Below, in pieces: positions 11,697 to 25,795 of a DNA stretch of 64,000 nucleotides. The stretch is from NCBI GenBank assembly GCA_964276515.1, contig OZ193909.1:16492001-16556000 (forward strand), read 5' to 3'. Within the stretch, counting starts at the first letter, position 1, and every line of letters starts with the position of its first letter. This stretch comes from Gordius albopunctatus. Its lineage: Eukaryota. The notes beneath the pieces are model-generated. The model worked only from the letters and a program-made list of their open reading frames with translations. It did not search any database and was not told where the DNA came from. Made by a program: the position numbers and the translations under genes.

Positions 11697-14600
11697 GTAT
11701 GTATGTATGTATGTATGTATGTATGTATGTATGTATGTATGTATGTATGTATGTATGTATGTATGTATGTATGTATGTATGTATGTATGTATGTATGTAT
11801 GTATGTATGTATGTATGTATGTATGTATGTATGTATGTATGTATGTATGTATGTATGTATGTATGTATGTATGTATGTATGTATGTATGTATGTATGTAT
11901 GTATGTATGTATGTATGTATGTATGTATGTATGTATGTATGTATGTATGTATGTATGTATGTATGTATGTATGTATGTATGTATGTATGTATGTATGTAT
12001 GTATGTATGTATGTATGTATGTATGTATGTATGTATGTATGTATGTATGTATGTATGTATGTATGTATGTATGTATGTATGTATGTATGTATGTATGTAT
12101 GTATGTATGTATGTATGTATGTATGTATGTATGTATGTATGTATGTATGTATGTATGTATGTATGTATGTATGTATGTATGTATGTATGTATGTATGTAT
12201 GTATGTATGTATGTATGTATGTATGTATGTATGTATGTATGTATGTATGTATGTATGTATGTATGTATGTATGTATGTATGTATGTATGTATGTATGTAT
12301 GTATGTATGTATGTATGTATGTATGTATGTATGTATGTATGTATGTATGTATGTATGTATGTATGTATGTATGTATGTATGTATGTATGTATGTATGTAT
12401 GTATGTATGTATGTATGTATGTATGTATGTATGTATGTATGTATGTATGTATGTATGTATGTATGTATGTATGTATGTATGTATGTATGTATGTATGTAT
12501 GTATGTATGTATGTATGTATGTATGTATGTATGTATGTATGTATGTATGTATGTATGTATGTATGTATGTATGTATGTATGTATGTATGTATGTATGTAT
12601 GTATGTATGTATGTATGTATGTATGTATGTATGTATGTATGTATGTATGTATGTATGTATGTATGTATGTATGTATGTATGTATGTATGTATGTATGTAT
12701 GTATGTATGTATGTATGTATGTATGTATGTATGTATGTATGTATGTATGTATGTATGTATGTATGTATGTATGTATGTATGTATGTATGTATGTATGTAT
12801 GTATGTATGTATGTATGTATGTATGTATGTATGTATGTATGTATGTATGTATGTATGTATGTATGTATGTATGTATGTATGTATGTATGTATGTATGTAT
12901 GTATGTATGTATGTATGTATGTATGTATGTATGTATGTATGTATGTATGTATGTATGTATGTATGTATGTATGTATGTATGTATGTATGTATGTATGTAT
13001 GTATGTATGTATGTATGTATGTATGTATGTATGTATGTATGTATGTATGTATGTATGTATGTATGTATGTATGTATGTATGTATGTATGTATGTATGTAT
13101 GTATGTATGTATGTATGTATGTATGTATGTATGTATGTATGTATGTATGTATGTATGTATGTATGTATGTATGTATGTATGTATGTATGTATGTATGTAT
13201 GTATGTATGTATGTATGTATGTATGTATGTATGTATGTATGTATGTATGTATGTATGTATGTATGTATGTATGTATGTATGTATGTATGTATGTATGTAT
13301 GTATGTATGTATGTATGTATGTATGTATGTATGTATGTATGTATGTATGTATGTATGTATGTATGTATGTATGTATGTATGTATGTATGTATGTATGTAT
13401 GTATGTATGTATGTATGTATGTATGTATGTATGTATGTATGTATGTATGTATGTATGTATGTATGTATGTATGTATGTATGTATGTATGTATGTATGTAT
13501 GTATGTATGTATGTATGTATGTATGTATGTATGTATGTATGTATGTATGTATGTATGTATGTATGTATGTATGTATGTATGTATGTATGTATGTATGTAT
13601 GTATGTATGTATGTATGTATGTATGTATGTATGTATGTATGTATGTATGTATGTATGTATGTATGTATGTATGTATGTATGTATGTATGTATGTATGTAT
13701 GTATGTATGTATGTATGTATGTATGTATGTATGTATGTATGTATGTATGTATGTATGTATGTATGTATGTATGTATGTATGTATGTATGTATGTATGTAT
13801 GTATGTATGTATGTATGTATGTATGTATGTATGTATGTATGTATGTATGTATGTATGTATGTATGTATGTATGTATGTATGTATGTATGTATGTATGTAT
13901 GTATGTATGTATGTATGTATGTATGTATGTATGTATGTATGTATGTATGTATGTATGTATGTATGTATGTATGTATGTATGTATGTATGTATGTATGTAT
14001 GTATGTATGTATGTATGTATGTATGTATGTATGTATGTATGTATGTATGTATGTATGTATGTATGTATGTATGTATGTATGTATGTATGTATGTATGTAT
14101 GTATGTATGTATGTATGTATGTATGTATGTATGTATGTATGTATGTATGTATGTATGTATGTATGTATGTATGTATGTATGTATGTATGTATGTATGTAT
14201 GTATGTATGTATGTATGTATGTATGTATGTATGTATGTATGTATGTATGTATGTATGTATGTATGTATGTATGTATGTATGTATGTATGTATGTATGTAT
14301 GTATGTATGTATGTATGTATGTATGTATGTATGTATGTATGTATGTATGTATGTATGTATGTATGTATGTATGTATGTATGTATGTATGTATGTATGTAT
14401 GTATGTATGTATGTATGTATGTATGTATGTATGTATGTATGTATGTATGTATGTATGTATGTATGTATGTATGTATGTATGTATGTATGTATGTATGTAT
14501 GTATGTATGTATGTATGTATGTATGTATGTATGTATGTATGTATGTATGTATGTATGTATGTATGTATGTATGTATGTATGTATGTATGTATGTATGTAT

Positions 14601-15814
14601 GTATGTATGTATGTATGTATGTATGTATGTATGTATGTATGTATGTATGTATGTATGTATGTATGTATGTATGTATGTATGTATGTATGTATGTATGTAT
14701 GTATGTATGTATGTATGTATGTATGTATGTATGTATGTATGTATGTATGTATGTATGTATGTATGTATGTATGTATGTATGTATGTATGTATGTATGTAT
14801 GTATGTATGTATGTATGTATGTATGTATGTATGTATGTATGTATGTATGTATGTATGTATGTATGTATGTATGTATGTATGTATGTATGTATGTATGTAT
14901 GTATGTATGTATGTATGTATGTATGTATGTATGTATGTATGTATGTATGTATGTATGTATGTATGTATGTATGTATGTATGTATGTATGTATGTATGTAT
15001 GTATGTATGTATGTATGTATGTATGTATGTATGTATGTATGTATGTATGTATGTATGTATGTATGTATGTATGTATGTATGTATGTATGTATGTATGTAT
15101 GTATGTATGTATGTATGTATGTATGTATGTATGTATGTATGTATGTATGTATGTATGTATGTATGTATGTATGTATGTATGTATGTATGTATGTATGTAT
15201 GTATGTATGTATGTATGTATGTATGTATGTATGTATGTATGTATGTATGTATGTATGTATGTATGTATGTATGTATGTATGTATGTATGTATGTATGTAT
15301 GTATGTATGTATGTATGTATGTATGTATGTATGTATGTATGTATGTATGTATGTATGTATGTATGTATGTATGTATGTATGTATGTATGTATGTATGTAT
15401 GTATGTATGTATGTATGTATGTATGTATGTATGTATGTATGTATGTATGTATGTATGTATGTATGTATGTATGTATGTATGTATGTATGTATGTATGTAT
15501 GTATGTATGTATGTATGTATGTATGTATGTATGTATGTATGTATGTATGTATGTATGTATGTATGTATGTATGTATGTATGTATGTATGTATGTATGTAT
15601 GTATGTATGTATGTATGTATGTATGTATGTATGTATGTATGTATGTATGTATGTATGTATGTATGTATGTATGTATGTATGTATGTATGTATGTATGTAT
15701 GTATGTATGTATGTATGTATGTATGTATGTATGTATGTATGTATGTATGTATGTATGTATGTATGTATGTATGTATGTATGTATGTATGTATGTATGTAT
15801 GTATGTATGTATGT
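11697..15814. repeat. (GTAT)n microsatellite, ~4.1 kb, ~1030 units, no visible interruption
   Basis: Directly visible; all three forward frames read (MYVC)n without a break. Confidence 0.99.
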
Positions 15815-15999
15815 CTAAGTATATATCAGATGGGAAATGGGGTTGGTATGGTCAGGATTGATCGAAAATGTTCTTCCCATACCTTTGTTTTATTCAAGGA
15901 GTCGTTGGGATTGCAATTATCGTTATGTAACAAGTGGTAGTTGTGTTTATTGAAGAATTTCGTGGTTAGAGTTTTTAGTATTTTATACAAGCAATGGGT
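15815..15999 (-). mobile_element. Probable 3' end of a 5'-truncated non-LTR retrotransposon whose tail is the (ACAT)n array
   Basis: Minus strand is open for ~57 codons (THCLYKILKTLTTKFFNKHNYHLLHNDNCNPNDSLNKTKVWEEHFRSILTIPTPFPI*), with the stop ~11 nt before (ACAT)n; the unit interrupts an RTE fragment. Confidence 0.5.
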
Positions 16000-17575
16000 C
16001 GTGGTTGGTGTAAGTGCAAGAATACGTGAAAGTACTATTTGAAAGTACTGACCACCAAGTGTGACAAATGGCTAAAGGAAAAAATTAAGGTTTTGGGATG
16101 CACTTAGTTAAAAGAGTTCTATGGATAAACGACGAGGTTAAATTAATATAGATTAAATGTTTGTTGTAAAAATTTAATAATTATAAAATTTGATAAACAT
16201 GATAAAAAACACACCATTTCTTACACATGTATATACAAAAGTAAAAGCATTATTTAATTTTTATGGCCAAATCTGGTCCTACTTATAGCTAGGCATTCCC
16301 CGGCCCGTTTTATTGACACAAAGCCGTCCAAGCCCGACCATTATTTTCCTTTAAACAGAAAGCGCATTCCCACCCGCACATTTTTAGGTCATCCGCAGTC
16401 GAAATTTTATAACTTTAACCTGCTGATGCAAACCGGCTATGTCATAATCATCTAAAAGTAGACTTTAAAAATCAATTTACTAAACCACGAGGATTATTAA
16501 ATTCTTAATTTAATTATATTAACCTCTACTATAGAATTAGCACTTTCAGTTATTTAATAGAAAATAAAAGGTCCTATTAAAGTGTGAAATACGCTTTGTA
16601 AAATTATCATTCACTTTAAATATTAATTATACAGGTTTACAAATATTGACTTTGTGATTACATACATTGTTCTGAGAGATTTGTATGCTAATAAAATTTT
16701 TAAGGTTTTTTCCTGGCGTCCAGATTTAAGGATTTATGGGGTTGAAGGTGCAAAAAATAGCCTAACGTTTTTCAAGACTTACCCCCAACATGTCTAGGAA
16801 AACAGGGTACATTAGTGAACATAGCGTTAATAGGATGTTTATTACCTCATCACTCCCTCTTTCTCTCTTCCCTTTCCCCTTCTCTTCCACTCTCGCTCTC
16901 ACTAACCTAGCACACAAGAAGGGGCGGTAAAAAAGAAGATGGATAGAGAGTAATTGAAGAGAGAGAGTGATGCATTTTAAAAGCCTATTAAATTTAAATT
17001 TTTAATTGCCTCTACTCTATTAATAAAATGTGACTTTTTTAGCAATTCCCTCTTATATATTAGAAGTGCTCAAAGTTTTTTAAAGAAATAATTAAAAATT
17101 AAAAAATTATCCTTTCAAAACACGCACTTGCGACTAAATTTTTGTATAAATAGTCTACTATAAAACTAAATTTTAAATTAAGTAGGGTAATTAATCATTT
17201 TTATGGCGCAACAATTACAAAAGTACGATTTTGTCAATGAATTCATTTTTGTCACACCCCTTGCCCACACCACTGCTTCTTAGCTATCCCGCTATTCATG
17301 AGCGTAGCCAAGGGGGGGGGGCAGGGAGGGGCAGCTGCCCCCCTCTAAATCCAAAAATTTCTTGAATTTTGTTAAAGTTATGGCTAAAATTTAGAAAAAT
17401 GATCATTTTGCCCCTCCCTAAATCATTATTAACCATTATTGCCCCCCTCTAATTCTAATGCTGGCTACGCCCATGCCACTATTATAAATCTAGACTAGTC
17501 TAAATTATGTTCAGATTTTAGTTTCAAATTTGTACCAAATTGGTTCCATATTGTTTACTCAGGTGTAAATAGAGA

Positions 17576-20500
17576 ATGATAGATTATGATTTTTATTTTG
17601 GCGAGGACAAGATGTATTTTATTTATGTTCGCATAAAATTATATGCCTATTAGGGGTATGACAGTGACTTCAGGTTCCATCACTCTTCAAAAGGATGACA
17701 GTAACCTTATTGGTATTAGCATTGGGGGAGGGGCTCCATTGTGTCCATGTTTATACATCGTGCAAGTATGTACTTTTAAAATCACATTGAATTTCTCAAG
17801 ATATTTGACAATACTGCTGCCTCATTAAATGGTTCTCTTGCTTCTGGGGATGAAATAACGGCTGTTAATAAAAAGAATGTTAAAGGAATGAGCAAAGTTG
17901 AAGTTGCTAAACTTATACAATCTGTTCCAGTAAGTATCCAAAATACCATGATAATAATTTTTGATGCATATAAAGTTACACAATTTATTTAAACTTGGAA
18001 AATATGTATTTTGATTAAAATTTTAATTTATTCAGAATTTAATTTGGCTTGCTTTACACTTAAAATCAATATTTATATCAACCTAATTGCCTTATGGAGC
18101 ATTTATTTCTTTATTCACAAATTTATCAATTATGTTCTTAATTTTGCTCAATAAAAAAGCATTCTTTTGTGTCACTATAATGTTTAATAAATTAATCAAT
18201 TATTCTGTTATTTCAAATGCACATAATATATGCTGCATGAATTATGAACCAATTATAAATCTAAAAGTTTTTTGTTTTTTTAAGATTTATTATTTTAAAT
18301 TAATCTTTATACCCATTGAAAATATACCTAATTGATTTTTTGATAATATTGTTTAGGGTGAAGTTACCATTTACTACAACAAGCTTCATGCTGACCCAAA
18401 ACAGGGGAAGACCTTAGATATAGGTATAAAATATTTGATGATTTAATTGAAATTCACAATGATTTCAATATATCAAAATGAGAAATATAAACATGGTATA
18501 AAAACTTGCAAATAATACATTGATTAATGAAATCTAGGAGCAGTTATAAATTAAAGACTTATTTTGTTGAAAATATATACCAGATGTAAGATTTGCTTAT
18601 TGTTCTGCCTGAACCTGTCCCGGTTTGATTTAATAACTAAATTTCCTGCTAAGATCCAATTAAGGGACCACCTGGCCATGCCCTAATTATTAGAGCTGCT
18701 CAGCCCAAAATTATGATTTTTTAAATTTGTAATATAAATTTTGCGATAGTTTCCATAAAAAACTTGAATTTATATCACGATTTTTTTGGAGAAGTACTAC
18801 GATTGATTCATATTATGCAATCAAATATAATGTTAAAGTGACATAATAATACACTAAATCAAACTGCACTACCTAAAAGAATCTCATTAAGTCATAATTG
18901 CCCAAATCTTGTTATGGCCCCTGCCCGGCCCCACCCAAAAACGGGCCAGACTGGGCTTTTCTGGTCTCTGATATGTATCTTGAAATATGCCCAAATAAAT
19001 TTATCCCTATCAACCTATCCATTGAGACTGTCAAAATTTAGTATATTTTAAATTTAATTGTGGACCCTTTATGTTGCTAACCTTTTAAAGAACTATATTA
19101 TGTTTCAAAGTTATACCATGAAACTGAATAAATTTTCAAGCATTTATTTTGACTATTTTAGTGTTAAAAAAGGTCAAGCATCGAATGGTAGAAAAAATGA
19201 GCTCTTCCACCGCAGATGCCTTAGGCTTGAGTCGGGCTATTTTATGCAATGGTGAGTATTGAATTAAAAAACCCCCTTTTCCAATTTTTTGCAAATTTAA
19301 TCGTGTTAGTGTTTTAGATTTAGTATTTTAATAATGGGTTTCTTAATTACTAGGAGTCATTTCAAATGACTTTTGAATATTTTGAAAATGTGAGCAGAAC
19401 TTTTAATATATCTTGGTATTCTTAAAGCAATAGAGATTGAGAGAATCTTAAAGGACCCTTATCTAAAGTAGTATAATGTTACAAATGATTTTTAACCTTT
19501 TCAATATCTTTGCCAAAAAAATTTATTTCAATTTTCTTTTTATGCCCAAATTTTTTTCTAGTATTTATTATATTGTAGTTTAAAAAAAATTAATATTGTT
19601 AATTGTGTTTATTTTTAATTTGTAGATTCTTTGGTTAAAAAGATGGAAGAATTAGCTCGGAACGAAAAGGTATACCGGGGCCTGATAATTCGAACAAGGA
19701 CACTTTTAAAAGCCATTTTTCTTTGGTCTCGCAGCTTTAAAGGTTCCTGATTTTAGGATTTTGAATTGTGTTTTTAACTTTGCACAATCAATTGTGTGCG
19801 AGTATACTTTTATTGGGGTTTTCTGGTGGTCAAAGGTTTAATTTTCATATATATGGCTTATAACCCGGCCCGACCGGTTTATCTTTTTTATATAAATATT
19901 TTTATCGTTTTAAGGCCAACGAAAAATGGAGATAAAAAGCATTTTTTGCAAAGCTTGGAGAATAAAAAATAATAGACTTTTAAGACATGAGCAACTCTAT
20001 ATTATTGACTAATACTATAATATAGCCTTTCGAACGATTAATTTTTCCATAAGAATTCATTGAGTAACCCAGTCCGCCGTCATTTGGATGAGGTTGCTTC
20101 AATGAGCGCTCTTGTGCAGAAAAGTTTTGCAAGAAAGGACAATGAGAACATTAAAGGCTTATCTCTACATACCTAAGTCTAACATTTATTTATTCAACAA
20201 AATGAGTTTACTTTGAACCCTCACTTAATAATAATGATCGGCTATTTGCCAATCTATTCTATTATGAGTCTAATAGTCCATAAATTTTGTAACAATTTTT
20301 TGGTGCAAATTTTTAATGGTTTGTTGTTTTAACATTTACGCAGCGCTCGGCGAAATATTTTGTTCGATCGGAGTGCGAGAGCCGCAAAAAAATGCGTCGG
20401 AAGCCTTTAGTAAGTTCGGGAAAATACACAAAGAAATTGACGCTTTCGGTATACAGATGCTCAAAAAGAGCAAAAGGGTAGGTCAAACACCGTTTTATCG

Positions 20501-23500
20501 AGTATGTAAAAATGTTGAGGGTATCCCTGAAAGAAAATCTGTAGCCTCCCTGCATTAAATAACGAAATTTGTGCGACAATTTGCGTATTCTGCTTAATGC
20601 TACATGCGTCTAAAATGTGAGAAGTTAATCTTAACATTATGCAAGTTATTAATTGATATGCAATTTGTGGGCTCACTTGCGGCGAAAAATGTCCTCTGTC
20701 CCGTCTTGTCCACCTTAGGCTCAATTATATATACTTTCTCCACTTACCTGTTTTCATTTTTTCCTAATTTACTTGTCCAAAATCTCTTGACAGTTATATA
20801 AGATAAATACATGAAATATAAAACAACGAAACGCGTCTAATGGAATAACACAAATGAGGGTTGGGGTGCTATGCTTATATGGGAGTATGCCGAGCTTTGC
20901 TCGTTGTATTACAAGGTTTAACACTAACTTAGCATAATATATCCTCACTTTCAGATTTTGACGACAAGTTTGCACCGTCTAGAAGAACGTAATAAAGCGA
21001 GGATTTGATATTTTATATTTTTCCTTACTTCGACAAATTTAAGAAAAGGTGACCGTAGCTTGGGTCAAAATGTATATTATGACAAATATTTATTTCGCCA
21101 ATTTGTTTGCTGTTTGACGTGGAGTAGGTTATGTGCGATTTGGGTACCTTTCTAACCAAAGCAATCCCCGATACCAAATTGACCATCAAGAAATACGCTG
21201 ACGCCAAGTTTGAGTACCTCGTATGTTTGACTTTCTTTTCACTTTTCCATTTTATTGTCGGGTTCTGCTAGTATTACCTAGATTTCTTCTCCATTTATTG
21301 ATTACACCCCCACCCATAATAATAAGGAATCAGCTGCAAAATATGACGGAAACCATGAAATCCTAAATAATTTGTATATTTTGTTAAACATCTCATTAAA
21401 ACTTTAAATCGGGATTCATTACAATCCCCTAGTTAATTGACGTAAACTCTTAATTAGTTATTAAAATTAGCAGACCTTACTTTCGTACCCGCAAAACATA
21501 TTTGAACTTTGTTGCGCCGGCCTTTTTTGTGGTCGGAGCGGAGGAATGTGATTTATAGTTTGATAGGGTTAAGCATACCCTCCTACTAGTTTTTTAGGTG
21601 CATTTTAATAATCGTTCCCCATAATATAATTGAACCGTATTTGCTCAAGTGATCTAATGCTCAAGTAATCTAAAATTTGCAAAGAATGCTTATATCTAAT
21701 TAATTTTATATTTAATCATGTTAAAAACGCTTTAAAAGGTTGCACAAACATATATTAAGCATATAATATATGAAGATTATCTTTTTTATTGCTGCATATA
21801 TATTTTCTTTCATATCAAGCATATAATATATGAAGTTCAAATTTTTTATTATTTTCTTTCATAGGTTAGATTAAATGCTTTATAATAAGTTAATATGCAT
21901 TTACAATACTTTATAGGGTTAGGGTTAGAGATATACTTATCTAATAATGTTTAAATTACAATTTTTGTGCATTAGATTACTTGAGCATTAGACCGGTTGA
22001 GTATAAATCTGATTGAGCCAACAAGGCAACATATATTTGTTACGAATACTAATTAAATTTACAAAAATTGGGATTCATTGACAAAGTAAATACAAATTTC
22101 TCTGAGTTTATTTTAATTTCTGAACGGCTCGTAGTAGTTTAAAGTTTTTGTATGGAGGTATAAATTCATGATGGCCGAAATTCGGGTTTCGCCGAACCTA
22201 TTCTATCGACGCTATTGGACTTTAAGTTTAGAAACATGCATATATTTTCGTATTTACCCTATAATCGACCACTTAGAATATATATGTGTTTTTAAAATTA
22301 TTTGATTCCATTTATTTTAAGATTTAGTCAAAAAATAATATTTATATTCATTCAACCCTTAGTCGTATTGCTTGAAAGTGAAAGAAATGGACGACGAAGA
22401 ATACACTTTTGCAGCCCTGAACGAACCCCTGTACCGGGTGGAGACTGGTAATTATGAATACAGGTGAGTATTAATCCAAATCTCTAATATAGGGGGAGCC
22501 TTCTAATGTTTATAAATTTAGTTACAAAGATAGATTATATAAGATAGACTGCTCATCAACGATAAATCACTCTACCTTTTTTTCCTGTTTTGCAATCCCT
22601 AGTCCTCCGAAGATCTCTGGAACGCTTTTATACCAAGCTTAAATGATATCTTTTCGGTCCATATATATATAATTTCATTTGTGACTTTCTTTAAACCCTT
22701 GAATTAAGGTGTGATTTTAGTTAAATTTTTTATTTTAAGGTAGACTTTTTCTCTAAATAATTATAAGGGCATTTTAAAGAATTGGGAAATTTGAACTGGA
22801 CACTAGACATAAACATATATTCAGCCATGGGCGAGCCAGCACTCGAATTACAAGGGGTGGGACAAATGAACAATTTTTGAAATTTTAGCCATAATCTTAA
22901 TTAATTTCGACAAATTTTTGGATTTAGAGGGGGGCAACCGCCCCTCACTGCCCCCCCCCCCCATGTATTCAGCATGATTAAGGTCGTTTTTGCATCTGTT
23001 TCCCATCGAATTAGATTGGTGTTGAGGTGTAGACAAGAAGCTAGGACGCGATTTTCCAAGTTGAGGTCTGACGTGTTGGAAAAGCTAGAGTTGCTCGACC
23101 AAAAACACGGTATTATTTTTGCGTATAAATTAATTTTGCTGAATCTTTAAACAAATTTTGAAACTGAACACGCTGTTCCCCTTTAAGCATGCATACATAA
23201 TTATATATATATATGCATGCATGCATTTGTGATTGTGCCGCCATTTTAGTAATTTTACGATGGCATATACACATCATGCCTCGAACCCGTTAAAATTGGA
23301 ATGTTTGATTATGTTTGGCTGGCCACCTTTGACGATCGACTCTGTTGACTAATTAAAACCATAGACTGCCGAACAGCTGATAAATTTTCCGCAAATATAG
23401 CAAGCGCCATTTTGTAGGAAATGGTAACCAAAACATCGAATCCAGCATAATTTATTGTTCTGGTGTTACTTATTTTTTATTAATTTATAAATTAAGGTAT

Positions 23501-25108
23501 TAGGGCTCGTCTTAATATCGGATTCAGATTCAAATGGCGCGAATTTATCTTTATCAAATATCTGATTAAATTTCACGTGTCAAACTCGGTTGTAATGACT
23601 AATATTTTGTTGTTTTTTGATAGTTAAAAACGTTTTTTATGTTTATTTCAACTCTTGAGATTAATCGCTGGTATATTATGCATCGTCTGAAATGTAAATC
23701 TGCTGCTGTGAATTCGAAGTTTAGTCACGGGGCTATGTTATAACCCGTACAACGATTTTTGCTGCGCAGCTAAATCCGATATTAAGACAAGTCCTTAGTC
23801 TTATTTATTTTCTTCAATATTTTACTTTTTCCTACAATATGGCAGCTATTTTGGTGTATGAATGTTTTTAATCGTAAAAATCAGCTGTTCGGCAGTCTAT
23901 GTTTTAATTAGTCTATGATTAAAACCAAAGGTCGACCAAACAAAACCCCCAGCCGGTTTACAGGTTTACAGGACTGGTACAATAATGTTATCCACTTCGA
24001 ATGAATCCTAGCGTATTCTAAGTGGGCTCGATCGTTATAAATTAGGCAGTGATGTGGTGGGAGGCACTCAACTATTTATTAGTCCTACAATATCATTATT
24101 ATGATATTGATGTCTATTATTTATTTTGAGGCATAAAAAGTGTGATCGTCGTTTAGGATTGAGATTACAGACATTTTGTATTTATTAGTTCAAGATTTAG
24201 TTACCCAATTGCACAAACTGGTGACCGCCATGCAAGAATACCACCGAAATTGCCACAGACAGATGAAAGGACTTTCCATTTTTCCTATTGAGGTTCGTTA
24301 GTCATTCAAAATAACAAAATCGATTATGGCGAATATTTGATGTAGTGCCCTCTTTTATAATATTGGTTCTGATTTTTCACATAGGCGTCCGAGTAAAAAA
24401 TTTATTTTAAATAAGAATTTAGGCTGTCATGGGATTAGAATTTGGAATATCGCTTTTTATATTTTGTGCCACAATTTTATTAATATACATTTGTATGGCC
24501 TAATAATTTTACAGCCGATGTATGCTGGTTTGAGACTCGTGTACATTAATTCAAACAGCATGAAATCCGATCGAATTTTACTGTGTAATTAAAAAAATTA
24601 CATTACTACAATAATACTTTTGTAAAAAACAAGAATCTTACTTAGATTAGACTTGAATTCTATTTTTATCGACTGGTTCTTAACATACCGTTTTGCTTGC
24701 TAACTTTAGTTTTTATCGCTTTTATGATTATTATCGGGCTTTTAAGAATTTCATGCACAAATTGTATAAAATATGCGAAAGTGATGTATAAATTATGTTA
24801 TTTCCCCTTCTTCTTAGATCGACTTAACCCACTCTACCCTACTAAATACATCACCAAACTCCAACGGATTCCAAGCAGATGACCAAGATAATGAAGAGGA
24901 AGAGCTTGAACCCGGCGAAAGTGGTGTTTGGGGTCCACAACTACCCCAGACCTCACCCACTGACGAAAATCTCATCGATACTTCACTAATGTTCGATCTA
25001 TCTAATTCTAAGGTTGTTGATGATATAAGTTTGATCTCTCTAGCTTCGTCTGGGGAAAAGAAAGCCGATCTCCTTACTAAAGATGAATCCCTCATATCGC
25101 TGGAATAA
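17576..25108 (+). CDS. PICK1: PRKCA-binding protein PICK1 (PDZ + BAR/Arfaptin domain), 12 exons
   Basis: Exons ~17576-17613, 17654-17765, 17801-17929, 18357-18423, 19162-19251, 19626-19742, 20344-20477, 21128-21220, 22363-22463, 23015-23109, 24189-24292, 24818-25108. They splice into NLIGISIGGGAPLCPCLYIVQIFDN..KLHADPKQG..ADALGLSRAILCND..KAIPDTKLTIKKY.DAKFEYLSYCLKVKEMDDEEY..DVLEKLELLDQKH, collinear with PICK1, and all introns are GT-AG. Confidence 0.97.
18581..18970. mobile_element. hAT MITE (CAGAG-type TIR) in a PICK1 intron
   Basis: Same family as 26303-26711; ends cagatgtaaga / tctggtctctg; imperfect TSD atatatac/atatgtat. Confidence 0.65.
23348..23913. mobile_element. TIR MITE containing a nested PIF/Harbinger-like MITE (23503-23794)
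   Basis: Outer inverted repeats gactaattaaaaccatagactgccgaacagctgat / atcagctgttcggcagtctatgttttaattagtc. Inner element GGGCTCGTCTTAATATCGGATT...AATCCGATATTAAGACAAGTCC with a TTA TSD. Confidence 0.75.
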
Positions 25109-25795
25109 GAGCCCTGCTGATGATTAAAATTGTTGGAAATTTTGTTTTTATTATTGAAGTCCATTTGAAAATTTTCTCTTGGTTCTTTAATTTTTAGATT
25201 TTCCTTTTTTCCGGAATTCGATGTGTATATTATAAAGATTAGTCATAGTATTTTTCGTATTTCTTTTAGAGATGTAATATTCTTATTTAAAGTCCTTTGT
25301 TATCCTTGACGTTAACTGTATTATTATACTACATTCCAAATCCAAATATTAATTTGGACAATATTAAATACCGTGCAATTCCGTTTATTTGTTCTTCACT
25401 TCTCGTGCCATCTTTATTTATTCAATCCTATTTGGCGAAATTTCAATGTTCCTACCTATTTAAGCATTACGTTATACATTACTATAGTCACCTTATTATT
25501 TCCCTGTAAATTTCAAATTTTATGGTTTATCGGTTTTACAATGTATACTTTTGTAAATTTTTGCAATAAAGGCCCGGGTTTTGATAATATATTCTTGATA
25601 TTTGACGTATTGAATATTTGATTTTATGTTAAAAAGTGTATAAAAGTATTTAAGGTGGAAAGCATGGATATATAATAACTAACACTTTAAATTTTAGTTC
25701 AAGCAACTTTATATCTAAAAAACAAAAGTGGATACCATTATTAATTTATAATTACAATTAATAAGTATAAAATATATGTTGGGGGTTATGTTATG

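Noticed and set aside
11697..15814. Telomeric array
   Set aside because: Interstitial, flanked on both sides by collinear halves of an RTE fragment, and not a G-rich telomere-type unit
11699..15940. Three ~1400-aa (MYVC)n ORFs
   Set aside because: Artefact of the stop-free (GTAT)n repeat; the same peptide appears in all three frames
24814..25164. 116-aa minus-strand ORF
   Set aside because: Antisense shadow of the PICK1 last exon
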